NCBI GenBank assembly: GCA_012295275.1
Contig: CM022665.1
Coordinates: 40,796,001 to 40,860,000, forward strand
Reading direction: 5' to 3'
Length of the DNA: 64,000 bases
Source: Chrysomallon squamiferum
Taxonomy: Eukaryota; Animalia; Mollusca
Shown here: piece by piece, positions 42,916 through 54,320 of the stretch
How positions within the stretch are numbered: the stretch's first letter is position 1
Layout of the letters: each line of letters opens with the position of its first letter
Position numbers and translations under genes: made by a program
The notes under the pieces: generated by a model
What the model was told of the DNA's origin: nothing
Databases searched by the model: none
Seen by the model: only the letters and a program-made list of their open reading frames with translations

Positions 42916-44664
42916 TAATGACAAAAATTATGTTAGCTAAATAAAAATCAGAGAAATATCATTTTACACTACCACTTTCATTATTATTATTATTTTTATT
43001 TTTTTTCAAACTTCTATAATGTATTTAATGTAAAACAGCAGTATTTATAAAAAAAAAATTCACTGACTATATATTTTATTATTACTGTCAAAATCCAATT
43101 TAAACATAAAAACACTTTTGCTTGCATTACTGTCAAAGGTTTTAGTGTTCTTATAAATAATATTCTTCAAAGATCAGTGTTCTCTGAAACAAATCAGTGT
43201 AAATAATGTTCTCTGAGCAATCCCTGCCTCTAATTTCTTTCCCTCCCTTGTGTTAAGACTATCTGTTGACACCACACTACAGGCATATTTTAATGATAAC
43301 ATACCATTACAGTCCATGGCTGATACTTTCTCTAGATGGCATCTTCGTATAGAATTCACAGTGTACCGTCCTGTTCTCCAGTTTGTGTTCAGATGTTTCA
43401 CTCGGATAAATATATTTTTCCACTTGCATATTGGAGATAGTCTTGTTTCCTCTGGAACTAGAAAACATCACAAAAGAAATTCTTATTTGTCTTAACTATG
43501 AAAGTAAACCCAATAATATTAATAGAGAATGTTTATTTATTTATTTACAACCTGATAATATTAACAGAGAATATTTATTTATTTATTTATTCACTATAAA
43601 ACATTTTTCTGTTTGTTGTAGGAGATTACTTCACAGCTGATATAATTAAACCATAAATTAAAAAAAAAAATGAATAAATTGTATTATTTTTTTAAATAAA
43701 TGCATTTGTTTTATAGATTCAAGACTGAATATATAATAATGGTTTATTATTTATAAGTAATGAGATAACTGGCTTGTAAGAAATAATGTCAAAGCTTAAT
43801 TGATTCTTCATGAACATTTTTGTTCTAGCAAATTCTCTGATACTGAAAATCTTTTCATTTCTTTTTCTTTTTAAAGAAACAAAATCAATGATGTTTAATA
43901 TTTCAGAAGTAATATTATTTACCATACAGAGAAAACTGTGGAGATAAACCAGATACATTTGTGGGCATTGGATACAAAGAGTCCAGGTGTAAAATATCAA
44001 AACAGTCCTTCATCAAACCATATCTCAGCCATCCACGAATAATACAGAAATGTAACCTGTAGAAATAATAATAATTAAACTTTTTTTTTTTTTTTTTTTT
44101 AAATGCTTTATCTAAAACTGGCTTTTACTCATTTAGAAATTTACAATACAAATGAATATTTATCATTGCCACAGTGGATGAAATACCTGAAATGGTAGAT
44201 ACAAAATAAAGGCAAGTTGAAAATGAATGAACCTCTACCTTGGTGTAAATTAAAATTTAAATTTAAATCTAACAGACAAAAAATAGAAGATAAAGGACAG
44301 TGCTAAATAAAAAGTAAATAAATAAATATTTATGGAACATCACAGTTAAAGGAAAATACAGGCTACTGAGTGTAAATGGTAAGTATAAAACAATGAAAAT
44401 GTTGTCTTTTGGAGAATCAGAATATTGTAAATGATTAATATAAATATCTAATGAATGAGAAATAAAATATACTTATTAATAAAAAAAAAAAAAAAACCTT
44501 ATATATTTTACGTAAATGTAGCTTTATACATACCAAAGAACATCCAAATTGGATAGTTCTCTCCATCTTATACAACAAAGACTAAATCTTGCTAATTCAG
44601 ATGGGTTCAAAAAAGCAAGAATTTTCTGCACCACCTCAGTGGGCAAATATGTAGTAAAATCCAT
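21393..44664 (-). CDS. F-box/WD40 repeat protein, FBXW7/Cdc4-like paralogue (SCF substrate receptor); 11 coding exons, 439 aa; whole-gene span
   Basis: Exons 44664-44534, 44056-43923, 43457-43305, 42769-42651, 42217-42066, 41685-41613, 40797-40686, 36144-36020, 34665-34590, 22677-22562 and 21521-21393 all have GT-AG boundaries with matching phases and join into a 1320-nt ORF. N-terminal F-box (DFTTYLPTEVVQKILAFLNPSELARFSLCCIRWREL), linker (WKNIFIRVKHLNTNWRTG), then 8 WD-type repeats. Confidence 0.93.
22562..22677 (-). CDS. F-box/WD40 coding exon 10
   Basis: GDKKHVMKEHLGVVRCLHINEERLVSGGDQKKIVVWDYM; tttcag acceptor, ATG|gtgagg donor. Confidence 0.93.
26295..26369. repeat. (GA)n microsatellite
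   Basis: Perfect run. Confidence 0.97.
27885..28150 (+). mobile_element. Possible retroposon 3' fragment with (AAC)n/(ATC)n tail
   Basis: A GC-richer block in an AT-rich intron ends abruptly in AATAAC(AAC)n(ATC)n, the kind of tail seen on RTE/L2-mobilised elements; no RT motif recognised. Confidence 0.3.
34590..34665 (-). CDS. F-box/WD40 coding exon 9
   Basis: YCMVYNKKVIASGCSDSTVIIWNHK; tttcag acceptor, AAG|gtgagt donor. Confidence 0.92.
36020..36144 (-). CDS. F-box/WD40 coding exon 8
   Basis: VITCCQFDDQKIVSGSADGQLRIWSVRSGECTNVLVGHEGEV; tttcag acceptor, GTG|gtgagt donor. Confidence 0.94.
37436..37610 (-). mobile_element. Degenerate tRNA-derived SINE fragment (tentative)
   Basis: Minus strand begins TTAGGGTATTGATAAGCACTG (A-box-like) with GGATTAAATCC (B-box-like, 37567-37557) at tRNA-like spacing, followed by a non-tRNA body. 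Confidence 0.35.
40686..40797 (-). CDS. F-box/WD40 coding exon 7
   Basis: CISSYGNCVVSGSWDNSLVLWNIYTGELIHHYTGHSE; tttcag acceptor, G|gttaga donor. Confidence 0.93.
41293..41564. mobile_element. Non-autonomous pogo/Tigger-type DNA transposon (Tigger4/MER46/Zombi-like MITE), right TIR truncated
   Basis: Starts TA+CAGGCTGATCATCCCTTATCTGAAATGCTTAGGG..GTGTTTCAAATTTTGGA; internal TATAATATTTTTAATAAATGTGTGCATGAAATAAGGTTTG; other end TGCTCAAAAAGGTTTCAGATTTTGGAGCTTTCAGATTT. Matches my recollection of MER46/Tigger4 ends; no database search was run. Confidence 0.7.
41613..41685 (-). CDS. F-box/WD40 coding exon 6
   Basis: (R)TVRVWSLAEKKLKHVLRQHTDEIE; attag acceptor, GAA|gtaagt donor. Confidence 0.92.
42066..42217 (-). 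CDS. F-box/WD40 coding exon 5
   Basis: GNMIVTGCADSSIRVLDATTGKMIHSFQGHSGSVDHIALMGDLIVSAGSD(R); tttcag acceptor, AG|gtaatt donor. Confidence 0.93.
42651..42769 (-). CDS. F-box/WD40 coding exon 4
   Basis: DRIIVSGSEDKRLQVWDIKTCNSIRRIMVHSDTVTAVKLK; tttcag acceptor, AAG|gtaaat donor. Confidence 0.93.
43305..43457 (-). CDS. F-box/WD40 coding exon 3 (linker helix and start of WD1)
   Basis: ttttctag acceptor; VPEETRLSPICKWKNIFIRVKHLNTNWRTGRYTVNSIRRCHLEKVSAMDCN; donor G|gtatgt. Confidence 0.9.
43923..44056 (-). CDS. F-box/WD40 coding exon 2 (post-F-box linker)
   Basis: tctacag acceptor; (W)LHFCIIRGWLRYGLMKDCFDILHLDSLYPMPTNVSGLSPQFSLY; donor G|gtaaat; phase 2 to 1 fits both neighbours. Confidence 0.85.
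44534..44664 (-). CDS. F-box/WD40 coding exon 1 (F-box)
   Basis: MDFTTYLPTEVVQKILAFLNPSELARFSLCCIRWRELSNLDVLW; acceptor tttcag 24 nt upstream of the ATG (exon starts 44688); donor TG|gtatgt, phase 2. Confidence 0.92.
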
Positions 44665-45372
44665 TATATTCAAACATTTTAAACCAAACTGAAATGAGAA
44701 ATTAAAAATAATCATTTAAGAATTTTGCTCTTAAATTTTATAATTTTTTAGAGAAAGAAACTTTCAATATTAAAAATTATTCACCATTTTAAAATATAAA
44801 AATTGACTTAAGTGTTGTTTCCAGTTAAAGAATGTATTCTAACACACTCACTCACTCTCACACATACACCCCCCCCACACACACACACACTTTCACCACA
44901 CCTTCACACACAATTTCCACATGTCAAATTTTGTTTCACAGATACTGTCTAATAAGAAAGGATGTTTTTATTATATAATCAGTCATCACGTTAACTACAT
45001 TGTCAGGAGTGCTTTTGATCATTTAATGAGTTTTTGAAATGTTGAAACAAATTATTTAAAACCTACAATAACCAGTTCAGTGACAAACAGTGATAGTACC
45101 TAACTAATCTAACTTCTAAGCTATTTGTTAAATGGATTACTATTTTTCTTTATTTAAGACAAAGCTTAACAATACCTTTTTATTTCATCACACATGCATA
45201 CAACATATTCACTGATATCAACACTTCACCAAAACATAGCGGTTAAGTATTTGTCAGCAACTGAAAGTACACAAAAAATAAAGAATAAAAAATATTTAAA
45301 ATAAACTGATTAGGAAAAGAAAGTTACAAAATAATATCAATTATTGTAAGTTAAACCTTTTCAAATAATTAT

Positions 45373-45570
45373 CAATTAAAATAAAATGTAACAATTATGT
45401 TTGTTTTTTTCATACAAATAGTATTTAATTACATTCTTCTGTCTCTTCTGTTTTTGGTGTTGAAGTAGATGCAAATGTGCATCACAGTGTTCTGGAAATT
45501 AATGGTTAAAGCATACATCTTCATATATTGTTATTGACTAATAAATAAAAATGGAAGCATATCAACATAA
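45373..45570 (+). repeat. ~200-bp diverged direct repeat, copy 1 (copy 2 at 46547-46744)
   Basis: Colinear: CAATTAAAATAAA..TGTAACA..TACAAATA..TCTGTCT.TTCTGTTTT..GTGTT.AAGTAGATGCAA.TGTG.ATCA..CTAATAAATAA..GAAGC..ATCAA.ATAA. Confidence 0.85.
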
Positions 45571-46099
45571 CCGTATGTTTTAATGAAAATAACAAAATAA
45601 ATAAATAAACAGACTAAAAAGTAACTGAGTGCTCAGTACAATTTTGATCAAATGTTCATACTAATACACATACTAATAACAAGGAATTTTTTTTTTTAAA
45701 AGTATATAATAATAATAAAAAAAAATAATTAGGAATACATGTCCATGGAAAGTTACTGTTGCTTCACATTCTATGGTGTCACAAAATGCAAGTTCCTTTG
45801 AAAATAAATTAAGAATGTCCTTTCTGGGAAAAACAAGCATTTATATATATATGTGTGTGTGTGTAAGTATTAGTTAATTATATGCATTAAAATATAATAT
45901 ACATCTTGTTCATTCTCATAACAGACAATTAAATATATATATTAATAATAATTAAACCTTGATTACATACCAAATGATTTTGTGCATTTTTATTGAAATA
46001 TTAAACATTTTCTTGGCACATTTGTTGACATATTAACATGATTATTGTGACAGTTTCTGCAATGGTAATGAATGATAGAAATTTGTGATTATTGACTCA

Positions 46100-46814
46100 C
46101 TAAAATGTATAAAACCTTTCTTTCAGAGTAACTATTAACACAATTAACCTTACGGGTAGAAATGCGCTATTTAAATCTGAATAAAATATTTAACAATTTA
46201 ACTTTGTTTAATTTTTCATTAAACTGCCTATTTTATATCAAACACATTAATTCAATATTATTTAAAATAAATATAAAACACCTAAAATTTTCTTTCACCA
46301 AGCAAAATGTAAACATTTCAAAATGATCTGTCTGCAGAAGTTCGTGAGTTTATATACTATTAGTATTACTATGAGTGAACTGCATAATTTAAAATTATAA
46401 AATAATAATTGTGTACAAAACCTTTAAGCGATATTGCCACATAAGTAACTATGTGCTGTTAATGACGCTTTAAAAACTCGACTGTTTCTGTTGTTTTATA
46501 ATAAAGATGTCGTTTCCAAGGGAGTTAAATCTTTTCCAGTAATTAACAATTAAAATAAATGTAACAGTTTCAAAGATTTTGTATACAAATAATATTTAAA
46601 TTTCATTTTTCTGTCTGTTCTGTTTTCAGTGTTAAAGTAGATGCAATTGTGTATCATAATGTTATGAAATTTAATGATGTAAAGCAGACGTCTCCATAGA
46701 CTGTTATTCCCTAATAAATAATAAACAGAAGCGCATCAATATAATTGAACGGTTCACAATTTCTGGTCGGAATAAAGAAGCGCGGAGTTTTAAATCAGCT
46801 TGGAATCAAAATTT
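46100..46814. promoter_or_regulatory. Probable bidirectional promoter shared by the F-box/WD40 gene and B3GALNT2
   Basis: Lies between divergent ATGs (44664 minus, 46815 plus). CpGs are locally retained (tacggg, tgcgct, gacgct, ctcgac, gcgcgg) in an otherwise CpG-depleted domain. Candidate minus-strand 5'UTR donor CCC|gtaagg at 46153. Confidence 0.6.
46547..46744 (+). repeat. ~200-bp diverged direct repeat, copy 2, ending about 70 bp upstream of the B3GALNT2 ATG
   Basis: Aligns by eye with 45373-45570. Confidence 0.85.
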
Positions 46815-46923
46815 ATGGATGCAAAACATCTTGTCATTGTGTTTGCTGCAACCACACTGTTAGCCATTTGCTTATCCTATGCATTAAATAATGTTTTACA
46901 GTATTTCAGTGTTTTGTTTAAAG
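46815..46923 (+). CDS. B3GALNT2: B3GALNT2 exon 1 (type II membrane anchor)
   Basis: MDAKHLVIVFAATTLLAICLSYALNNVLQYFSVLFK; donor AAG|gtaggt, phase 1. Confidence 0.8.
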
Positions 46924-48519
46924 GTAGGTCTTCATATATAACTAATACATAGTATTGTCCAGATATTCATATTGAAGTAATCACTGTAAATTGGTAATCA
47001 AATCATCATCATCACGATGTAATGATAAATCTAACACTTTCATATCTGTCATTAGGACATGTTTTGTAACTAACAAAACAAATAGAAGTTGCTTTTCTGT
47101 TGTTGCAAGTAAATAAATTTCAATAAATTTTATGCTTTAAAATAACAGTGCATATACTCAGTATAATACTGCATACACTTGATTTTAATATATTTCTTGT
47201 TTAAAAATGATCTGTGTGTTTTTATATTGAATAATATTCTTTACAATAAAATAAAATAATAATAATAATAAATACGATGTTTATTAATTTGTTGATTTAT
47301 AATTATTTAATTTACTTTTAGATAATGTTGACATTGCCATTTGCATTTTATCCTCGAGAGACAATTTTGAGCAACGAAGAGCTGTCAGAGAAACATGGCT
47401 CAGTAACCTGACAAATCTTGATACATTTGGGTATAGGTGAGTTGTTGTTTTGATTATGTTTTATTTTAACACATATTCACTGTAACTAGATAGATCATTT
47501 TATTATTATTATAGTCAATAAAATTATATTTAGTTAATACATATAGTAAACATTTAAAATTAATTTTACATGTTAATTTTGCCCTTTTTTTTATTGATTG
47601 TTTGTAGGTTTTACTGATGTTGGTTTTAGTAAAAATTTAGAACTCATCACTTTTTTGCAGAATACTCTTTTAGTGATGTTTTTGAATCTTATTCTAATTG
47701 TACCTCTTAAAGAAAATATTTGATGCACTTTCAAAATATTATGGCAGAGCTCCTTCAGTATGATCAGTTAATATGTGAGTGAAATGTGCACTGTGCTTAA
47801 GTTAATAAATCATAATGCAACTAACAATTTTTGAAAATAAAATGTTAAAGATTAAATGAGGGTTGGACAGTGATGTTTATAATTCTTTAAGTGGCCTTCT
47901 GTACAACCTATTGGTTTTAATTTTTGCATCCACTATTCCACAATTTTGCTGGTGGATCCCCAGGTATATGCATACCACAGATGGAAAAACTGCTCTATAA
48001 GATAATTTTAGCTCACTATAACATCGATAACATTAATACATTCTTTTCCTGTGAAGGATTTTTTGGCACAAATCAGATATGTCATTATTTGATTTCAAAT
48101 AGATGTATATTTTAATTTTCAGAAAACATTTTAATTTTTGGTTACTCTGAAGCTTTATTCTGTTTATAATTTTATATTCCTAATTACTGAAGCATCCTTA
48201 ATTGATACATTCTGCAATCCATTTAATTCTTTTCTTTTTTCTTGTTTTATTTATTTATATATTTTTTTCTCCAGTGTAAAAGCTTGGTTTATTGTTGGTG
48301 AAAGTTCCTGTCCTATTCCACCACAGGACTGTGTTGATGAATATGACTGCAAACCTTGGACACCATATACTTTAAGTTAGTTTATAGATTAATATATAAA
48401 ATTTGTGTTGTCAAGATAATTTAATTCATAAATGATTTAGTTAAATAATGAAAAATAAATAGTAAAAAATTTAAATGGTGTGTTAAATAGTTAACAAAAA
48501 TATTAAAACAAAAAAAAGA

Positions 48520-48551
<32 letters not shown>

Positions 48552-49978
48552 AAGAGTACTACATTATAACAGCTAGTTTTTATTTTTTATTTATGAAGTT
48601 TCATCTAACTGTTAAATTCTGTTAAATGTTAATTATTATTAATAACTATTGCATATTTAGCCATTTTCCACAGTTTGAATTTTTATTAAAATATTAGAAT
48701 AACAATATGAAAATAAAAAATACTTTACATGTGTTCATAAATTTTTGTTAAACGTTTAGATCTTGAATCTGTTAAAACTTAAATAAAATATATTTCATTA
48801 TCATTTAGTCACTTGAATCTTAGCAGTAGTTACTTTTTTAAGGATTGATAAATATCATTTTAATAGAATAATTTTTCAACACATATGATGATTTAAATAT
48901 ATTAAATTGTGTAAAAATTTCTTGTTCCTGCATGTTCATTCCACTGGAAGTTTGTGTATAACCTTGGAAATTTCAAATTGGCAAAAACACATCTGACCTA
49001 AAAGCTGTTTTTTCTTGTATCAATTACTTTTCAGATGACAACACTGATAAAGCCCTGTTTTCTGATGGAAAATACATAGAACATGATAATGATATTACAA
49101 CTAGCAGACTTGGAATTAAAGTAAGTCTGATTATAATATGATATAATTTGTGTTATTAATTTAGTTTTACATGAGTTAAAATATATTTATTGATGATCTT
49201 GTAACTGTCTTTCTTGGAATTAAATTCACTCTGATAATATAATTTGTATTATTTATTCAATATGTATGAGTTAAAATATACTTTTGTTAATGTCCCCAAT
49301 TAATTTTCTATGTATATTTAGGTTTTGCATCCAGTTTTGCTGAAACGAATTGGGATCTTTACTGATTTTCCAAATCCAGTCACAGTTACATTATCAAATG
49401 CTGTGACAGATGTAAGTTTTACATATTTTTCTTGATTGATTGGTTGCTTGCTTTTTAATTCCTTTTTAATGCTATTATTATTTTTTAATTTTACTTATTC
49501 TTAAATATTATATTAGATTAGATTATTTGTATTTTTATGGTGTAAACAGTTTTTAGTACAGTTTGTTTCTCCATTTTAAATTATTTTGTAAGTGTGGTGG
49601 TGTAATATCATAATATATTATTATATAATAAATACTGAGGTTTATTTTCTTGTCATTAGTGCATAATCAGCTATCTTTTAAAATCTACATTTACTGTATT
49701 TATTGTTTATCAGTTTGTATAGAAAATATGTCATTTTAGTAAATTACCAAACTGAATATATTCTTGATGGATTCTGCTTTTAAGAGTTATGCCCCTTCAG
49801 TTGATTTCTGTTATACTCAAAAATACCTACAGTTTTCTTTTTCTTTTATACCCTTAGAATTATTATATTGCTTCATACTTCATCAAAATAAACCCACTTG
49901 TTTCATATATAAACTATAACTATGTCCTAAAACTGCATCCAATTGACTAAACGTATCAAATGGCTTCATTTATACAAT

Positions 49979-50015
<37 letters not shown>

Positions 50016-50232
50016 AATAGATAATAAGAAATGTACACCCTTTCCCACTAATGTAGTTTTATTTTCTTAATACATTTTAAAATAGACTATATCTCTGGTG
50101 TTTTTTTGTTTGTTTTTTGTTTTGTTTTTTCTACAGGAAGAAATTATTACAGTATCATTCAGTGATAAAGACATGGGAATTGAGTACCGTGGATACCGAT
50201 ATCAAGCTATCCAACCACTGTTTCTGCCAAAG
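46815..50232 (+). CDS. B3GALNT2: UDP-GalNAc:beta-1,3-N-acetylgalactosaminyltransferase 2 (GT31), 5' part: 6 exons, 199 aa; gene continues beyond the window
   Basis: Exons 46815-46923, 47322-47436, 48275-48375, 49035-49120, 49322-49411 and 50137-50232 splice in frame. Signal-anchor MDAKHLVIVFAATTLLAICLSYAL, then ILSSRDNFEQRRAVRETW, KAWFIVGESSCPIPPQDCVDEYDC, KVLHPVLLKRIGIF and YQAIQPLFLPK, colinear with the B3GALNT2 N-terminal region as I recall it (VLSARNNHELRNVIRSTW / [22 protein letters not shown] / RVLYPIVITSLGVF / YKPVEQFILPE). Confidence 0.88.
47322..47436 (+). CDS. B3GALNT2: B3GALNT2 exon 2
   Basis: DNVDIAICILSSRDNFEQRRAVRETWLSNLTNLDTFGY; GT31-type RxxxRxTW motif; cttttag acceptor, AG|gtgagt donor. 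Confidence 0.9.
48275..48375 (+). CDS. B3GALNT2: B3GALNT2 exon 3
   Basis: SVKAWFIVGESSCPIPPQDCVDEYDCKPWTPYTL; tctccag acceptor, A|gttagt donor. Confidence 0.88.
49035..49120 (+). CDS. B3GALNT2: B3GALNT2 exon 4
   Basis: NDNTDKALFSDGKYIEHDNDITTSRLGIK; ttttcag acceptor, AAA|gtaagt donor; phase 1 to 0 fits. Confidence 0.82.
49322..49411 (+). CDS. B3GALNT2: B3GALNT2 exon 5
   Basis: VLHPVLLKRIGIFTDFPNPVTVTLSNAVTD; atttag acceptor, GAT|gtaagt donor. Confidence 0.87.
50137..50232 (+). CDS. B3GALNT2: B3GALNT2 exon 6
   Basis: EEIITVSFSDKDMGIEYRGYRYQAIQPLFLPK; long polypyrimidine tract plus ctacag acceptor, AAG|gtaagt donor. Confidence 0.88.
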
Positions 50233-53200
50233 GTAAGTCCATTTAATTATAATAATTAAATGAACTAAAATTAACTTGCTATTGTTTTGTGATCTGCCTG
50301 CAATTTTTTAGCCATAACAAGGGAGAAATCCTATTTAATAAGCAACCAGTACAAAAACACAGATTTCATAAGTTTGGACTAAACTCCAGTGTATTATTAC
50401 TTAATTTCAAATGGACATATATTTTTGTTTTCCACAAGCATGTAGCATGTTTTATTACTTTCATGTTTTCAGATTTTGTCTAGTCATAATTATATTTATG
50501 TAACAAAAGTCTAGAAAAAAAATGATTTTCTTTCTTTTTAAATATTTAAAAAATGATGGTAAATAAATATTTTGTTTAAAGTGTTCACATAATGATGCAC
50601 AGGGTGAAGGTGTCCATTATTTCAACATTAAATCAAGAAATGTTCAGAGAATATTGTAGTGATATAACAACTTCAGAAAAGAACCCTGGAATTTCAATGT
50701 TGGTTAATAGTGTGATGTTTTTCTTTTCTTATTTCTTTTGTTTTGTTAGTTTTTTCTCTATTTCTTTCTGATTTTTTCTATTTTTAAGTGAAAGCCTTAC
50801 TGTCAAAATACAAGGCAAATGTTGCTTGACCAGCAGTACAGTTTGCAGAGATGTAACCAAATTAATAATTCATTTTCATTTGATTGTGATCTTTTAAAGA
50901 TTTACCACTTTCACTAGAAAACAGTAATAAGTGTACTGGATGTGAATTTTCTGTCACTGCTTTTACATTTAATGAAAAAGAAAACAGCTATATTCGTCAA
51001 GATTTCTTTATAATCATGATAATAATTTATACTTCATGATTTGACTGGTGTGTCTCTGTGTGTGTGATAATTAATTAATTAATTAATTATAATTAGTTGT
51101 TTCCTGTATGTAATGTGACCAGCATTCATCAAATCTCAGAAGAAACTGCAGGTGTGCTTATCACACTAATAATACTTGTAATTAGAATCTAAAAAAAACA
51201 ACAAACAAAAACTCATATCATTAGCTGGTAATATTTGTAAATGATTATGGGTTGACTATTATTAATGTTGCTCTTTGGACATAATATATTTTAAAGAAGA
51301 AAAAAAGATCTTTAAGATACTATAGTGGAATTCTCCAAAAATCAAAAATATATTTAAGAAGTGAAAAATAATAATAATAATAATAATAAATATATAAATA
51401 AAGATAAAGAATGAGTATATATATATATATATATATAAGTGGTTTACATTGTCAGCTGTATGTTTTAAAGTAGATTCTACTGTCATTTTGCATTAACTTT
51501 CTATTTATTTATTTATAAGAATTTTAAAATGGTGACACAGATGTAAGCTTTAGATATTGTTTTTTTGGTTGTGTGTTATTTTTTATTACCTTTTCATTAA
51601 ATGTCTATTTAATTTTTTATGTAAAATATAAAAATGAGTTTTATTCATAGATATTAATTTTTAAGATACTAAATTACTTACTTACGGATAATAAAATGAA
51701 CATTTTTTTTTTTTTTTTTTTTTTTTGTACATAAAACATTAACAGTAATCTGCGATCTTAAGTATTTTTAGAAATAAATTTATATACAATTTCTGATTTC
51801 TATCTTTGTTTTGCTATTTTCAGCTATTTCTTGTTACAGTAATGATACTTTGTTTTGTTTTGTTTGTTCATCTGATAGTTAAAACAGTTTACAATCTGTG
51901 ACATTTATTTGTAACCTTTACATGTAATTAAATTGAAATCCACTTTTAAAATAGCTTGCCGTCTGTGACTTTTTTATAATCCGTAGGTTTACGTCTAATT
52001 TCAAAACTATGACACTTTCATTTCGCAAGTCACTGGTTTTTTTAAAAATAAATTTAGAAATGAGATATTAGTGATATTTTCACAAGATCTGAAATGTCTT
52101 TTAAGTTAAGCCAAACTCACTCATTTGTATAGTAATTGTCTCACTTGGGAATTTCAGAAATACTTATTTGTATTAATAAAATATATTTCACAGACTATTG
52201 TTCTCTGGTGTATGATGAAATGAGAAGTTTATAGACATAAACATCTTCTTTTACAAATGTTGCAGCTGATTCTGCCAAATATACATCTCACATTAACACA
52301 TATAAACAAATATTCACCCAAAGCTACATTTAATTATAGGTTTCATGAGATAATTATTTAATGTTGTTAGGAAATAAATTCTATTTCGTGTTGTGAGAGA
52401 TCCCAGAATAAATACAAATAGGAAGTTATATTCAGTAAATAGAATAATATATTAAATAAATGAGAGAGTATATTAAATAAATAAAATATATTAAATATGT
52501 AATAATAATTAAATAAATAATATATTAATTATATTATTAGATTTTAAAATAATTTTGCGGTGAGAATATTATTGTGCCTAATGAAATGAATAAATTATAA
52601 TCAAATTTCTACTGTAAATATAACTTTAAAATTACAATTTGCATCACCCCAGAAATGGTTACGTTAAGCCTACTCATCCAGCAGACTATATATGTGAAAT
52701 TAATCATGTAAATATAATTTAAAATTTAAAATTTGCAGCTGACTAGGTTCAAATGACACTGTTAATAGAATATAAAAGCATTAGTGATCTACTAAGCTAT
52801 AGTAATGTAATTGATGGTGTAAAAATAATTGTAAAATAAAATTTCCATCATCTGAAACAAGATTAACCATATAATTCATTTAAAAAGAAAAGAATATGTC
52901 TAGGCAGTATGGTTCAACATGTACAAGTCTTTACTATTTATTGTCAAAAGTTTAATGGTATAGCATAAGTTATATGACAGTAAAAGCATCCAAAATGTTG
53001 TTATTTGATCAAATATTTCTGGTCCAATATGATGTCAAAAGTATTCAGAATGTATTCAGTTCTTGTCAGTTTTACTAATCCATGCATAAACTAACTGCAT
53101 TGTAGTGATGTCCAAATAACTTACTGTGATTGATTTAACTTACGGCTGCTCAAAAATACACATTACTGCATTTGATGGAAAATACACTGAACATATTATC

Positions 53201-53929
53201 TATTCACCATCCGCCGTACAGGCTGTGTGATGCTGCACATCAAATTAAGGATTAAATTGCAACACCAACTTTCAAACAAAAGAAAAATGTCATGTAGTCA
53301 CGATTATGAGATTTTACACAAATACCTAATCTATCAACTCCAAAAGAAAAACAAAATCTTGAATTAGTAATGCCAAAGATGCTTTTATTTAAGTTTGCAC
53401 AAAATTTTCCATGATTATCAATACTCAACCAGGCATTTAGCTTTGTAGCCATACATTTTATAGAAGTGATATCAAAATGAAACTAATGACATAATAAATA
53501 TGGATTTTACTTACGTCCCAAATGATTTAATATGCAGGGTCATGTATTAAATATAAAAGAGGCTTAGGTACATCAATCAGTGTATAAGAGAATGAAGTAA
53601 CAATTTTTTGAGATTTGTCAGGGGATCTTTTATAAAAAGAATTATTCACAGCTAAAAAGCTTTGATGCACATCTCAAATAATACAAGAGTATACATTAGC
53701 AAAATCATACATACTAAAATAAAGCATGTTGTACAAGCTATGTGACTGTTAAAATTCATAAAATAGAATATTTAACAAAATATTGCTATTATGTTCAGAT
53801 ACGTGTGTATGTGTGTATTTATCTAAACATCTTATTGTATTTGAATGTGTATGCCACAGATGTGATTTCTGAAATGCCATAATGTATAATTAAACATTAC
53901 TAGTTCTCCAAGTACAAATTACAGAGCTT

Positions 53930-54320
53930 GATAGAATGTATGACAAAATTACAATTACTAGATACACTTTGAAATAAACTAATTTTAAAGCAGGTAATGT
54001 AGTATTTGACAAAAGTGAATTTAAAAGTTATATAAAATTAAATTCAGTTATCAAATATTGATAATCATTTGAATGTATGACATTTTTGGTTACTGATTAA
54101 GTCAGTTATTTAACATTTTCAAGTTTTATTATTTGCTGATCAATAATTTTTAATGCATTTAAAAGAATGTTCAATTGATTTTCAATTTATATAAGTTCAA
54201 TAATTTATCAAATATTGACAACCAGTAGAATGTATGACAGATTAAGTTACTGACATAACATTTTCAAGTTTTATTTTCAGATCCATAAGTTTTAAAGTAT
54301 TTAATAGAATATTTGATAAA
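53930..54320. repeat. Old ~160-bp tandem repeat (2-3 copies)
   Basis: TTATCAAATATTGA.AA.CA.T.GAATGTATGACA...GTTACTGA...TAACATTTTCAAGTTTTATT at ~54048 and ~54206; partial copy at ~53932. Confidence 0.75.

Noticed and set aside
21393-44664. Calling the gene FBXW7 or BTRC/FBXW11
   Set aside because: It lacks the invariant phosphate-binding arginines and D-domain and is far more diverged than true orthologues, so the symbol is left blank.
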